A DNA stretch of 64,000 nt from Myxococcota bacterium (GTDB lineage Bacteria > Myxococcota_A > UBA9160 > JAFDDA01): the NCBI GenBank assembly GCA_965228475.1, contig OZ245817.1, positions 2,464,001 through 2,528,000 on the forward strand, written 5' to 3'. Shown here piece after piece: positions 19,380 to 29,898 of this stretch. The translations under genes and the position numbers were made by a program. How positions within the stretch are numbered: the stretch's first letter is position 1; the number at the start of each line of letters is the position of its first letter. The notes beneath the pieces were generated by a model, which saw only the letters and a list, made by a program, of their open reading frames with translations, did no database searches and was not told where the DNA came from.

Positions 19380-20260
19380 GGCTGCGCCCCGGATCGCTCG
19401 CCGCGGAGCGCTGCGGCGACCGCGGCGGTGCGGGCCGCCGCCGCCACGTCGTGGACGCGGACGGCATCCGCGCCCTGGAAGATGGCGATGGCGTCGGCCG
19501 CCTGGGTGGCGGTGCCGCGCTCGCCCGCCTCGTCGCCGGTCAGTCGGCCGAGGAAGGACTTGCGCGAGGTTCCGACGAGCACCGGGACGCCGAGCGCCGA
19601 ACGCAGCCGGTCGAGATTCGCGAGGAGCGCGAGGTTGTGCTCGAGCGTCTTGCCGAACCCGATGCCGGGGTCCGCGACGAGGCGCTCCTCCGGCACCCCG
19701 GCCGCGCGGGCCGTCGCGAGCGACGCCTCGAGCTCCGCCGTCACCTCCGCGACGACGTCCTCGAATTCCGGGTCGGCCTGCATGCTCGCGGGCTCGCCGC
19801 GCAGGTGACCGAGCAGCAGCGTCGCGCCGCGCTCGGCGCACAGGCCGGCCAGCTCGGGCGCGTGGCCGAGGCCGGAGACGTCGTTCACGATCCGGGCGCC
19901 GGCGTCGAGCGCCGCCTCGGCGACCTCGACCTTGCGCGTATCGATCGAGATCGGGACCTCGAGGTGCTTCGCGAGCGCAGCAACCACGCCGGCCGTCCGC
20001 CGCACCTCCTCGGCCACCGGGACGGCCTCCGCGCCCGGGCGGGTCGACTCCCCGCCGACGTCGAGCACGTGTGCGCCGTCCGCCACGAGCTTCCGGCCCG
20101 CGGCGACCGCAGCGTCCACGTCGACACCGCCGTCTCCCCAGACGAAGCGCCCGCCGTCCGAGAAGGAGTCGGGCGTCACGTTCAGGATCCCGACGAGGGT
20201 CACGCGGGTTCGAGGGAAGAACGGTTCGGGGCTGCGCGGGAAGAAGGGCTCGTCCATCAC
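19376..20260 (-). CDS. folP: Dihydropteroate synthase
   Basis: GILNVTPDSFSDGG, GGESTRPG, DPGIGFGK, SRKSF, RVHDV. Confidence 0.97.
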   Translation of the reverse strand: MMDEPFFPRSPEPFFPRTRVTLVGILNVTPDSFSDGGRFVWGDGGVDVDAAVAAGRKLVADGAHVLDVGGESTRPGAEAVPVAEEVRRTAGVVAALAKHLEVPISIDTRKVEVAEAALDAGARIVNDVSGLGHAPELAGLCAERGATLLLGHLRGEPASMQADPEFEDVVAEVTAELEASLATARAAGVPEERLVADPGIGFGKTLEHNLALLANLDRLRSALGVPVLVGTSRKSFLGRLTGDEAGERGTATQAADAIAIFQGADAVRVHDVAAAARTAAVAAALRGERSGAQP

Positions 20261-20293
20261 GCGGGCCTCCCGTTCTCCTTCATGGCTGCGGCT

Positions 20294-22216
<1,923 letters not shown>

Positions 22217-22334
22217 CCGATCCTCCGCGGCGCGGCGGCTGAAAACGCGAGGGAGCGCCCTGGCTTCGAGCTCGGCTCGAGGCCAGAAACGTCCATGTGG
22301 TCACAGGTTAGCACCCGCCCCGCGGGAAGACCCG

Positions 22335-23315
22335 TTACCCGGCGCGGCTGAGGCGAAAGCTCCCACCCTCGTGCGCCAGCACGAGGCCCCCGGGAAGCTC
22401 GATCGCGGTTCCGGGCCGGCCGGTCCGAAAGAAGGCGACCATCCGCCGCAGGTGAACCCGAGAGACGTCCCGGCCGCCCCCCATGAGGCGCAGGGCCCGC
22501 CGGGCGAGGCGAAGCGCCAGCGCGTCGGGCAGGGCCTCCCAGTCCTTGGGTTCGATCCGCAGGCAAGAAGCCTCCTCCTGGAAGCGGGCGGCCGCTTCCC
22601 GGGCCACCTGGCCCTCGATCCACTCCGCATCCCCACGCAGCGTTTCGGCAAGTTCGCCGAGACTCCTGAGGAGCCGCGGGTTGAAATCGCGTGCGAGCCC
22701 CGGGAGCCAGTGTCGGCGGAGCCGGTTGCGGGCGTAGTCGTCGCTCTGGTTCGAGGCGTCCTCGCGCCACGTGAGGCCGTGGGCGCGCGCGTGGGCCTCG
22801 ATCTCCGCCCTTGAGACACCGAGCAGCGGCCGCAGGATCCGCCCGTCCGGGGAGACCGGGGGAATCCCGGTGAGGCCGTCGAGCCCCGTCCCGCGGAGCA
22901 GCCGGAAGAGCACGGTCTCGGCCTGGTCGTCGGCCTGGTGGGCCGTGGCGATCCGGCGAGCGCCGGCCTCTTCGGCCATCTCGTCGAGCGCCGCGTAGCG
23001 GAGGGTCCGGGCCGCCTCCTGGAGCGTCGGGCGGGCGCGCGACGGCCCGCCCTCGCGCAGCTCGGCCGGTGCGACGCGCCGCACGAGGAGGCGCACGCCG
23101 AGGTCCCGCGCGAAGCCGCGAAGGAAGGCCTCGTCCGCTTCCGATTCCGCGCCGCGCAGGCCGTGGTTCACATGGCCCAGCGAGACGCTGCCCGAGTGGA
23201 TCGCGGCGAGCCCATGGGCCAGGACCACGGAATCGATGCCGCCGGAGATGGCCACGAGGACCGGACCTTCGAGCCCTTGGGCACGAAGCGATCGCTCGAC
23301 CGCTGTGTCTTGCAC
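22335..23315 (-). CDS. tilS: tRNA(Ile)-lysidine synthetase (short form)
   Basis: SGGIDS, HVNHGLR, AHQADDQAET, RPLL, EDASN, RNRLR. RBS GGAGG then GTG 23315. Upstream of ftsH. Confidence 0.93.
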   Translation of the reverse strand: MQDTAVERSLRAQGLEGPVLVAISGGIDSVVLAHGLAAIHSGSVSLGHVNHGLRGAESEADEAFLRGFARDLGVRLLVRRVAPAELREGGPSRARPTLQEAARTLRYAALDEMAEEAGARRIATAHQADDQAETVLFRLLRGTGLDGLTGIPPVSPDGRILRPLLGVSRAEIEAHARAHGLTWREDASNQSDDYARNRLRRHWLPGLARDFNPRLLRSLGELAETLRGDAEWIEGQVAREAAARFQEEASCLRIEPKDWEALPDALALRLARRALRLMGGGRDVSRVHLRRMVAFFRTGRPGTAIELPGGLVLAHEGGSFRLSRAG

Positions 23316-23356
23316 CTTCCGCCTCCCCCGTGCGTCTCGGACCCCAGAGCCGATGG

Positions 23357-24559
23357 CTATCGAACTTCGCGAGCGGGTGCGCGCGCCCGAACGCGACCGA
23401 GCCAGAGTACGACGGCGCCTCCGCCGATGGCGAGCAGCACCGCCGCCATCCGATAGACCGCCTCGATGCCGAAGCGCTCGGCCAGGGCGTAGGCCAACGC
23501 GGGCGCAAGTGCGGTGCCGAGGTCCGAGGCGTTCGCGAACCAGCCCATGAAGCGAGCGCGCCCCTGCTCCGGGGCCGTGTCTCCGGCCAGGGCATCCGAG
23601 GTGACGCGGAGGACCCCGCCCGCAAGCAGGGCGGCCAGCGCCGCGAGCAGGGTCCGGGCCACCCCGCCCTCTCCGGCCAGCGCCCACAGCGACAGCGCCG
23701 TCACGAACGCCGCCCCGCCGGCGAAGCGGAGCCGGCCGATGCGGTCCGAGAGATGCCCGGCGAACGGCGCCCAGACCGGGTTCAGCGCGAACCGGCCGCC
23801 GAGGAAGAGCCCGTTCACCGTGGCCGTCCCGACCAGCGCACCGCCGATCCCGATCGAAGGCCCGAAGCGCTCGGCGAGGACGAGCCCGAGGGTCGCCACC
23901 ACGAGCGGCCCTCCGGCCGCCACGAGCAGGGCCAGCGCGTAGACGCCCCAGCGCTCGGAAACGCCCGGCAGCTCGGCCGGTGCTTCCTCGGCTTCGGCGG
24001 ACGGAGCCTCCGGCCCCGGCCCCTCCCGCCACATCGCGAGCCCCGCCGGCAGCGCCACGGCGGCGAAGCACAGCAGCGTCGCCTCGAGCCCGATGCGATC
24101 CGTCAGGAAGCCGCCGGTCGCCATCGCCAGGAGCGTGCCGATGTTCGCGACGCCGTTGTAGAACCCGAGCGCGTAGCCGCGGCCGATCTCACCCGCCGCG
24201 AGCGCGGCGAGGAAGCCACCGAGGCGCAGGACGGACCAGAGTGCGCCCCAGGCCAGCCGCAGCGCCAACCAGACCGCGAAGCCCGGCGCTGCGGCGTAGG
24301 CGGCGGTGACGGCGGCCGTGAGGAAGATCGCAAGGGTGAAGGGGCGATGGATTCCGAAGCGCTGCGCGGCGAGGCCCGCGAGCGGGTTGGTCACGAGGCG
24401 CACGGCCCGGTTCGCGGCCAGCAGCGCCCCGACCATCCAGAGCTCGAGCCCGAGTTCGGCGTAGAGAACGGGGAGGACCGCGTAGAGCAGCGCGTCCCCG
24501 GGGAGCGTCGCCGCCACGGCCAGCGAGACGATGGCGACGCGGCGGGGAGGCAACTGCAC
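23357..24559 (-). CDS. MFS transporter
   Basis: About 12 hydrophobic segments, GDALLYAVLP, motif A GHLSDRIGR. Confidence 0.9.
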   Translation of the reverse strand: MQLPPRRVAIVSLAVAATLPGDALLYAVLPVLYAELGLELWMVGALLAANRAVRLVTNPLAGLAAQRFGIHRPFTLAIFLTAAVTAAYAAAPGFAVWLALRLAWGALWSVLRLGGFLAALAAGEIGRGYALGFYNGVANIGTLLAMATGGFLTDRIGLEATLLCFAAVALPAGLAMWREGPGPEAPSAEAEEAPAELPGVSERWGVYALALLVAAGGPLVVATLGLVLAERFGPSIGIGGALVGTATVNGLFLGGRFALNPVWAPFAGHLSDRIGRLRFAGGAAFVTALSLWALAGEGGVARTLLAALAALLAGGVLRVTSDALAGDTAPEQGRARFMGWFANASDLGTALAPALAYALAERFGIEAVYRMAAVLLAIGGGAVVLWLGRVRARAPAREVR

Positions 24560-24607
24560 GCCCCGGGTGTAGCCGAAAGCCGAGCCCGGGGCTGGCCGCG
24601 TTGCCGT

Positions 24608-25480
24608 CTAGAGAAGCGCGCTCGCCTCGCCGAGCAGGATGCGCGTGCCGTCGGTCTTGTCGCACCAGACGTCGCACACGACGCGCGTCCGGGTCCCTTC
24701 GGTGCGCTCCTCGCGGACCTTCCCGTGGGCGGAGACCGATTCGTCGACCCAGAGCACGTTGGTCAGCTTGAGGCTCGCCTTGCCGCCCTCGAGCCAGCCC
24801 GTTCCGAACTCGTTCAGCATGACCTCGGAGATGAAGCAGGTCGACATCATCCCCTGCACCACGATGTTCGGGAAGCCGAGCTGCTTCGCTGCCTCGGCAT
24901 CCGTGTGATAGTTCTTGCCCGGGCCGGAGAACATCCAGCAGCGGCGCGCGTCCACGGTCTTCTTCGTGGGTGCGAGGTCACGGCCCGTCGCCGTCGGGAA
25001 CGGCGGGCGCGGCGCCTTCTTCGCGGCCGTCTCGCGATCGACGACGAAATCGCCGCCGCCCTCCGCGGCCTCGCCTTCCTTCTTCGGCGGCAGGAAGGAT
25101 TGGTGGGTGCGGCCACGGACCAGCAGGGCATGGCTCTCGGCGTCCATGATGTCCGTCTCGTTCACGACGTAGTTGCGGCCGCGCTTGTCGTAGCGGTCGA
25201 TGATGGTCGAGCGCGTACGGATCCGGCTGCCGACCGGGATCGGCGCGAAGAGTTCCCAATCCTGCTGGCCGTGCAGATTCCCGAACAGGTTCTTCAGGTA
25301 CCACTCGCCCAGGTGCTCGTAGCACTCGGAGTGGTGGAGGAGCGGCGGCGCGAAGCGCTCGTAGAGCGGGTGGTGGTCGTCGAGGGCATCCGCGTAGAAC
25401 GCGACGACCTTCTCGGAGACGTCGTACTCCCGGCTGCCACAGTGCCGGCCGACGTGGGCCGGGGCTCCCTTCAGATTCAT
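24608..25480 (-). CDS. Double hot-dog MaoC-family acyl-CoA hydratase/dehydratase
   Basis: YADALDDHHPLY...NLHGQQDWELFAP and second domain FSGPGKNYHTD...GFPNIVVQGMM. Confidence 0.8.
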   Translation of the reverse strand: MNLKGAPAHVGRHCGSREYDVSEKVVAFYADALDDHHPLYERFAPPLLHHSECYEHLGEWYLKNLFGNLHGQQDWELFAPIPVGSRIRTRSTIIDRYDKRGRNYVVNETDIMDAESHALLVRGRTHQSFLPPKKEGEAAEGGGDFVVDRETAAKKAPRPPFPTATGRDLAPTKKTVDARRCWMFSGPGKNYHTDAEAAKQLGFPNIVVQGMMSTCFISEVMLNEFGTGWLEGGKASLKLTNVLWVDESVSAHGKVREERTEGTRTRVVCDVWCDKTDGTRILLGEASALL

Positions 25481-25650
25481 CCTTGGCTCCAGTCTGGCGC
25501 CCCGCACGAGGCGACGAAGCGCGTTCCGGGACGCACCCTGCCCCATCCGGCCGAAGCGTGGCAAGAGCCTCGTTCCCAGAGCCCGTCTTCCGGCGCGATT
25601 TCCCCGGCGCGGGCGTGGCGGGACCGCGCCGCCCCTGGTATTCCCGCGCC

Positions 25651-27210
25651 GTGGAGCAAGCCGCCCCGGAACACAACTTCGCGAGCCGGATCGAGCGCCA
25701 CGCGAGAGAACGGCCCGAAGCCCTGGCCCTCACCGATGCGCGGCGGCGCCTGAGTTACGAGGCGCTCGCCGTCCGGGTGCGGCGCTGCGCCGGCGCCCTG
25801 GCCGAAGCCGGCGTCGGCCGGGGCGACCGCGTGGCCGTGCTCGGCGGAAACCACACGCCCTACGTCGAGACGGTTCTGGCGGCGACGCGGCTCGGCGCCA
25901 TGGCGGTGCCGGTCAACTCCCGCTGGTCTCCGCGCGAGCTCGCCGTCCTTCTCGACGACTGCACCCCGCGCGCCGTCGTCCACAGTGCGGGGCTCGGCGA
26001 GACCCTCGAGCGCGGCTACGAGCGCGCACGCCACCGCCCGGCCTGCTCGCTGCCCTTCGGCGGCGACCCCGCGCGCGACGCCTACGAGGCCGCCCTCGAC
26101 GCCGCCAAGACCGAGGCGCCGCTCGCGCCGGTCTCCCCCGAAGACCCGATGATCCTGATGTACACGTCGGGCACGACGGGAACGCCCAAGGGCGCCCTCC
26201 TCCCGCACCGCAAGACGGACTACAACTGCCGGAACGCGGAGATCTACTTCCGCATGACGGCCGAGGACCGCGTGCTCGTCGTGGTCCCGCTCTTCCACTC
26301 CTTCGGGCTCGCGATCCTCACGCTCCCCACGCTCTACGTCGGCGGTGCTGCCCTGCTCCTTCCCGAGTTCGACGCCACGGCCGTCTGGAAGACCGTCGAA
26401 GCCGAGAAGATCACCTTCTTCGGCGCGGTGCCGACGATGTTCCAGCGCCTGCTCGACGAACACGACCGGCCCGAATCCCCGGCCCGGGACCTCGAGAGCC
26501 TGCGCTTCCTGTTCTCCGCCGGCGCGGCGATCCCCGTCGAGCTGATCCGCGCCTACGAGCGCCACGGCCTGACCGTGAAGCAGGGTTTCGGCCAGACCGA
26601 GACCTCCATCCTCACGTGCCTCGATGCCGAGGACGCCGTGCGCAAGGCCGGGAGCGTCGGGCGCCCGGTGCGCCATGCGGAGATCCGCGTCGTCCTGGCC
26701 GAGAGCCTCGAGGGGCCGACGGAATCCTGGCGCGACGCCGCCGTCGGCGAGACCGGGGAGATCGTCGTGCGCGGCCCGATCAACATGCTCGGCTACTGGC
26801 AGCGGCCCGAGGACAGCGCCGCGACCCTGCGCGGCGAATGGCTCCGCACGGGCGATCTCGCGCGCCGCGACGAAGAAGGCTTCATCACCCTCGTCGGTCG
26901 GGCCCGGGATCTCTACATCTCGGGCGGCGAGAACGTCTACCCCGCCGAGGTCGAAGCCGTGCTCGAAACGCACCCGGGCCTGCGCGAGGTCGCGGTGGTC
27001 GGCGAGGCCGACGAGCGCTGGGGCGAGACCGGCTGCGCGTACGTCGTGCCCGAAGCGGGCACCCGCTTCGACGAAGAGGAAATCGCCGTGTGGGCCCGGG
27101 ATCAGCTCGCCGCCTTCAAGATCCCGAAGCGCTGGGTCGTGCTCGACGCGCTCCCCCGCACGGAAACCGGGAAGGTCCAGAAGTGGCGGCTCGGAGAAGT
27201 CGGGCCATGA
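25651..27210 (+). CDS. Acyl-CoA synthetase (FadD/MenE-like)
   Basis: YTSGTTGTPKG, GFGQTE, TGD, GGENVYPAEVE, PRTETGK. Confidence 0.93.
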   Translation: MEQAAPEHNFASRIERHARERPEALALTDARRRLSYEALAVRVRRCAGALAEAGVGRGDRVAVLGGNHTPYVETVLAATRLGAMAVPVNSRWSPRELAVLLDDCTPRAVVHSAGLGETLERGYERARHRPACSLPFGGDPARDAYEAALDAAKTEAPLAPVSPEDPMILMYTSGTTGTPKGALLPHRKTDYNCRNAEIYFRMTAEDRVLVVVPLFHSFGLAILTLPTLYVGGAALLLPEFDATAVWKTVEAEKITFFGAVPTMFQRLLDEHDRPESPARDLESLRFLFSAGAAIPVELIRAYERHGLTVKQGFGQTETSILTCLDAEDAVRKAGSVGRPVRHAEIRVVLAESLEGPTESWRDAAVGETGEIVVRGPINMLGYWQRPEDSAATLRGEWLRTGDLARRDEEGFITLVGRARDLYISGGENVYPAEVEAVLETHPGLREVAVVGEADERWGETGCAYVVPEAGTRFDEEEIAVWARDQLAAFKIPKRWVVLDALPRTETGKVQKWRLGEVGP

Positions 27211-28367
27211 GCGCCACGACCCTGCGTTTCGCGACGCTCAACGTCTGGGCCCTGCCCTTCGGCGTCGCCCGGCACGTCCCCGAGCGCATGATGGCCATCG
27301 CGCGGGAGATCGAGCGGCTCGAGCTCGACGTCGTCGGGCTCCAGGAGGTGTGGACCAACGAAGCCCGCGCGCAGCTCATCGCCGAGACGCGCGGGGCCGG
27401 CTACGTCCACACCTGGCACCGGCCCGGCGATGCGCGGGGCGGAAGCGGGCTCATGTTCCTCTCGCGCGAACCCCTCGGCGACGTGCGCTTCGAACCCTTC
27501 TGGCTCGCAGGACTCCCCCAGCGCATCCACCACGGGGACTACTGGGGCGGCAAGGGGTTCGCGACGGCCCGGCTCACGACGCCGGGCGGCCCCGTCCTGG
27601 TGATCAACACGCACCTCCAGGCGCAGTACACCCCGGACCCCGTGGACGAATACCGCGGCATCCGGACCGCGCAGGGGATCCAGATCGCGGGCTCCGTGGC
27701 ACGGCGGCCGGAACCCGTCGTGGCCCTCGGCGACTTCAACATGCGCGAAGGCAACCCGGACCACGCCGTCCTCCTGGGCCTCTCGCAGTTCACGGACCCG
27801 GCGGTCGCCCTCGACAACCCCCAGGACACGATCCTCGCGCCCCACCCCTACCGGGGCGCCGGCCACAGCGGCGGGGAGCGCATCGACTACGCGTTCTGCC
27901 GGCCCGGGACCCAGACCGGGGCGCGGCCCTTGAAGATCGAACGCGTCTTCGACGGCACCTTCGAGGTGGCGGGCGAAGCGGCAACGTTCTCGGACCACGC
28001 CGGCCTGTGCCTGACGGCCGAGATCGCACCGCAGCCCGCGCGCATGCTGCCCGCCGTCGATGCGGAGGCCATCGACCGCGCGCGGGGCCTGCTCCGGCGC
28101 GGCCGGGCCGAGGCGGCGCGGCGGCGCGGCATCGAACGCTCCCTCGCGCTCGGGAGCGGCGCGCTCGCGGCCGCGGCCTTCCCCGGCGCCGCCCAGCTCC
28201 GCGCTTCGCGCCGGCGCTTCCTGGCGGCCCTGGCCACGGGGGTGGGCTTTGCCGCGCTGCCGGGAGCGCTCGTCGCCGGGTTGCTCTCGGAGCGGGCCGT
28301 GCCCGCCGAGCTCGACGCCTACGAGCGCATCGAAGAGCTGCTCGAGGACTTCGTCGTCGCCGCGTGA
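27207..28367 (+). CDS. EEP-family phosphodiesterase resembling neutral sphingomyelinase, with two C-terminal hydrophobic helices
   Basis: TLNVW, LQEVW, GSGL, IHHGDYWGGKG, THLQAQY, GDFN, RIDY, SDH. ATGA overlap with ligase. Confidence 0.85.
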   Translation: MSATTLRFATLNVWALPFGVARHVPERMMAIAREIERLELDVVGLQEVWTNEARAQLIAETRGAGYVHTWHRPGDARGGSGLMFLSREPLGDVRFEPFWLAGLPQRIHHGDYWGGKGFATARLTTPGGPVLVINTHLQAQYTPDPVDEYRGIRTAQGIQIAGSVARRPEPVVALGDFNMREGNPDHAVLLGLSQFTDPAVALDNPQDTILAPHPYRGAGHSGGERIDYAFCRPGTQTGARPLKIERVFDGTFEVAGEAATFSDHAGLCLTAEIAPQPARMLPAVDAEAIDRARGLLRRGRAEAARRRGIERSLALGSGALAAAAFPGAAQLRASRRRFLAALATGVGFAALPGALVAGLLSERAVPAELDAYERIEELLEDFVVAA

Positions 28368-28398
28368 TGCCGGGCGCGGGTGCGGCCCGGAAGGCGCC

Positions 28399-28878
28399 TC
28401 AGTGGTTCAGGAGCTTCATCTCGCGCCGCACCTCGAGGGCCTGGGCGAGATCGTTGAGATCGTCCGAGAGGTCCCCGAACGGGTCGCCCGCGCGCAGCGT
28501 GTTGCGCGCCTTGTAGTTGCCGCGGCGCAGCGACTCCACCTGACGGCGGAAGGCCACGACCGGGCCGACCACGCGACGCAGGTAGGCGATGCACAGACAC
28601 ACCACCACGAAGCCGTAGGCGACGAGGAAGAGGAACGAGATGCCCATGAAGTTGCGCGTCTGATCGCCGAGCAGCTCGAGGTAGCCGTCGGGCGCGGAGG
28701 GCACGCTCCGCAGGAGCTGCGAGTAGGCCCACCAGCTGTGGAGCGTCGCGGCCACGGCGAAGGCCACCGTCACGCCGACGACGAGCAGCGGCAGGCGAAG
28801 CTGGAGCTCCGGCTCGACCAGGCGCAGCGTTGCGCGCTTGGGGCGAGCCTCGGGCGTCGAAGGGGCAGCGGCTTCCAT
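28399..28878 (-). CDS. Small 2-TM protein with HAMP-like domain
   Basis: Two hydrophobic helices, RVVGPVVAFRRQVESLRRGNY...LRAGDPFGDLSDDLNDLA. Confidence 0.75.
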   Translation of the reverse strand: MEAAAPSTPEARPKRATLRLVEPELQLRLPLLVVGVTVAFAVAATLHSWWAYSQLLRSVPSAPDGYLELLGDQTRNFMGISFLFLVAYGFVVVCLCIAYLRRVVGPVVAFRRQVESLRRGNYKARNTLRAGDPFGDLSDDLNDLAQALEVRREMKLLNH

Positions 28879-28917
28879 CACGTTCACTCCGCAGGCGTGG
28901 ATCGCCCTACGGAGACG

Positions 28918-28944
28918 TTTTCGGCCGTTTCCCGGAGGCGCTGA
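28918..28944 (-). promoter_or_regulatory. Sigma28(FliA)-like promoter
   Basis: TCAG-N15-GCCGAAAA about 40 nt upstream of the HAMP gene. Confidence 0.4.
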
Positions 28945-28995
28945 AGACGATGCGCGGCGCAGCGGAAGCGCGCAGGCAAGCGAGTGGCAGGAAGG

Positions 28996-29072
28996 TGGTG
29001 GCGGAGGAGAGACTCGAACTCTCGACCTCGGCTTTATGAGAGCCGCGCTCTAACCGGCTGAGCTACTCCGCC
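28996..29072 (-). tRNA. tRNA with CAT anticodon, most likely elongator tRNA-Met
   Basis: GGCGGAGTAGCTCAGCCGGTTAGAGCGCGGCT-CTCATAA-AGCCGAGGTCGAGAGTTCGAGTCTCTCCTCCGCCACCA. Full cloverleaf, encoded CCA, paired G1-C72 (not initiator). Ile2 not excluded. Confidence 0.95.
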
Positions 29073-29118
29073 TCTGGGGCCGCGGGCCGAGCGAGCCGGC
29101 CACCGCGAGGGGCGGAGA

Positions 29119-29820
29119 TTAGCGAAGGCGGGTCTCGGGGGAAGCGCCCTCTTCCGGGGCCGCCTCGGCCGTCTTTTCCTCGGCCTTCCCGCTGAAGAGG
29201 AAGTCCTCGATCGTCTCGAGCCGGCGGCGGAGATCCTCGAGGCCGGCCTCGTTGGCGGCTGCGCGGGGGGCCGCCGGAGCGGGCCCCGCTGCGACGGCCG
29301 GGAGCTCCGGCTCCGCCACGTGGGCCGAGCCGGCGACGAAGAGGCTGATCTTGCCGGCCGTGGCGTCGAGCTGCGGGATGATCTCGCCGACCGTGCCGGA
29401 CTGGATGAAGATGCGCCGCGCCCGGGGGTCGTCGTCGTTGCCGAAGGCGGCGGCGTCGAGACACTGCACGTCGAGGGAGGCGCCTTCCCCGAACTGGGTG
29501 AACGCCCCGAACACCGCGTACTGAGCGCCGTTCTCGATGGCCAGGGCAGCGGCCCGCTGGGGATCCGACGTCGCGAGGGCTTCATCCTCGATGCGAACGA
29601 CCGCCAGCTCTGGATTGCGCCCCAGGCGCGAGGCCAGCATGTCCGCGAGGCCCGAGCGGAGGTACGCCTGCTCACCCGAGGTGTTCACCACCATCGGAAG
29701 GATCGCGATCCGCGCGCGCGAACCGGCGGGGGCCGCGGCAGTGACGTCATCGGCACGCAGCTCCGCTCCACCGGCGAGCAAGGCGACTGCAAGAGCGAAC
29801 AAAAGACCCGTAGCGCGCAC
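29119..29820 (-). CDS. Exported protein, TolB-N/CsgG-like domain
   Basis: Signal peptide, RIAILPMVVN...GLADMLASRL...AVFGAFTQFGEGASLD pattern. Confidence 0.6.
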   Translation of the reverse strand: MRATGLLFALAVALLAGGAELRADDVTAAAPAGSRARIAILPMVVNTSGEQAYLRSGLADMLASRLGRNPELAVVRIEDEALATSDPQRAAALAIENGAQYAVFGAFTQFGEGASLDVQCLDAAAFGNDDDPRARRIFIQSGTVGEIIPQLDATAGKISLFVAGSAHVAEPELPAVAAGPAPAAPRAAANEAGLEDLRRRLETIEDFLFSGKAEEKTAEAAPEEGASPETRLR

Positions 29821-29898
29821 GCGATCTCCCAAAGAAGGTCTCCTGGCCGCAACGCGCAGCCAAGTGCGTGGTTTTACTACCAATCTCGATGGGCGGGG

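Noticed and set aside
28996..29072. tRNA as integration site of the low-GC island
   Set aside because: Island lies on the tRNA 5' side beyond a host-like gene; no duplicated tRNA 3' end or integrase seen
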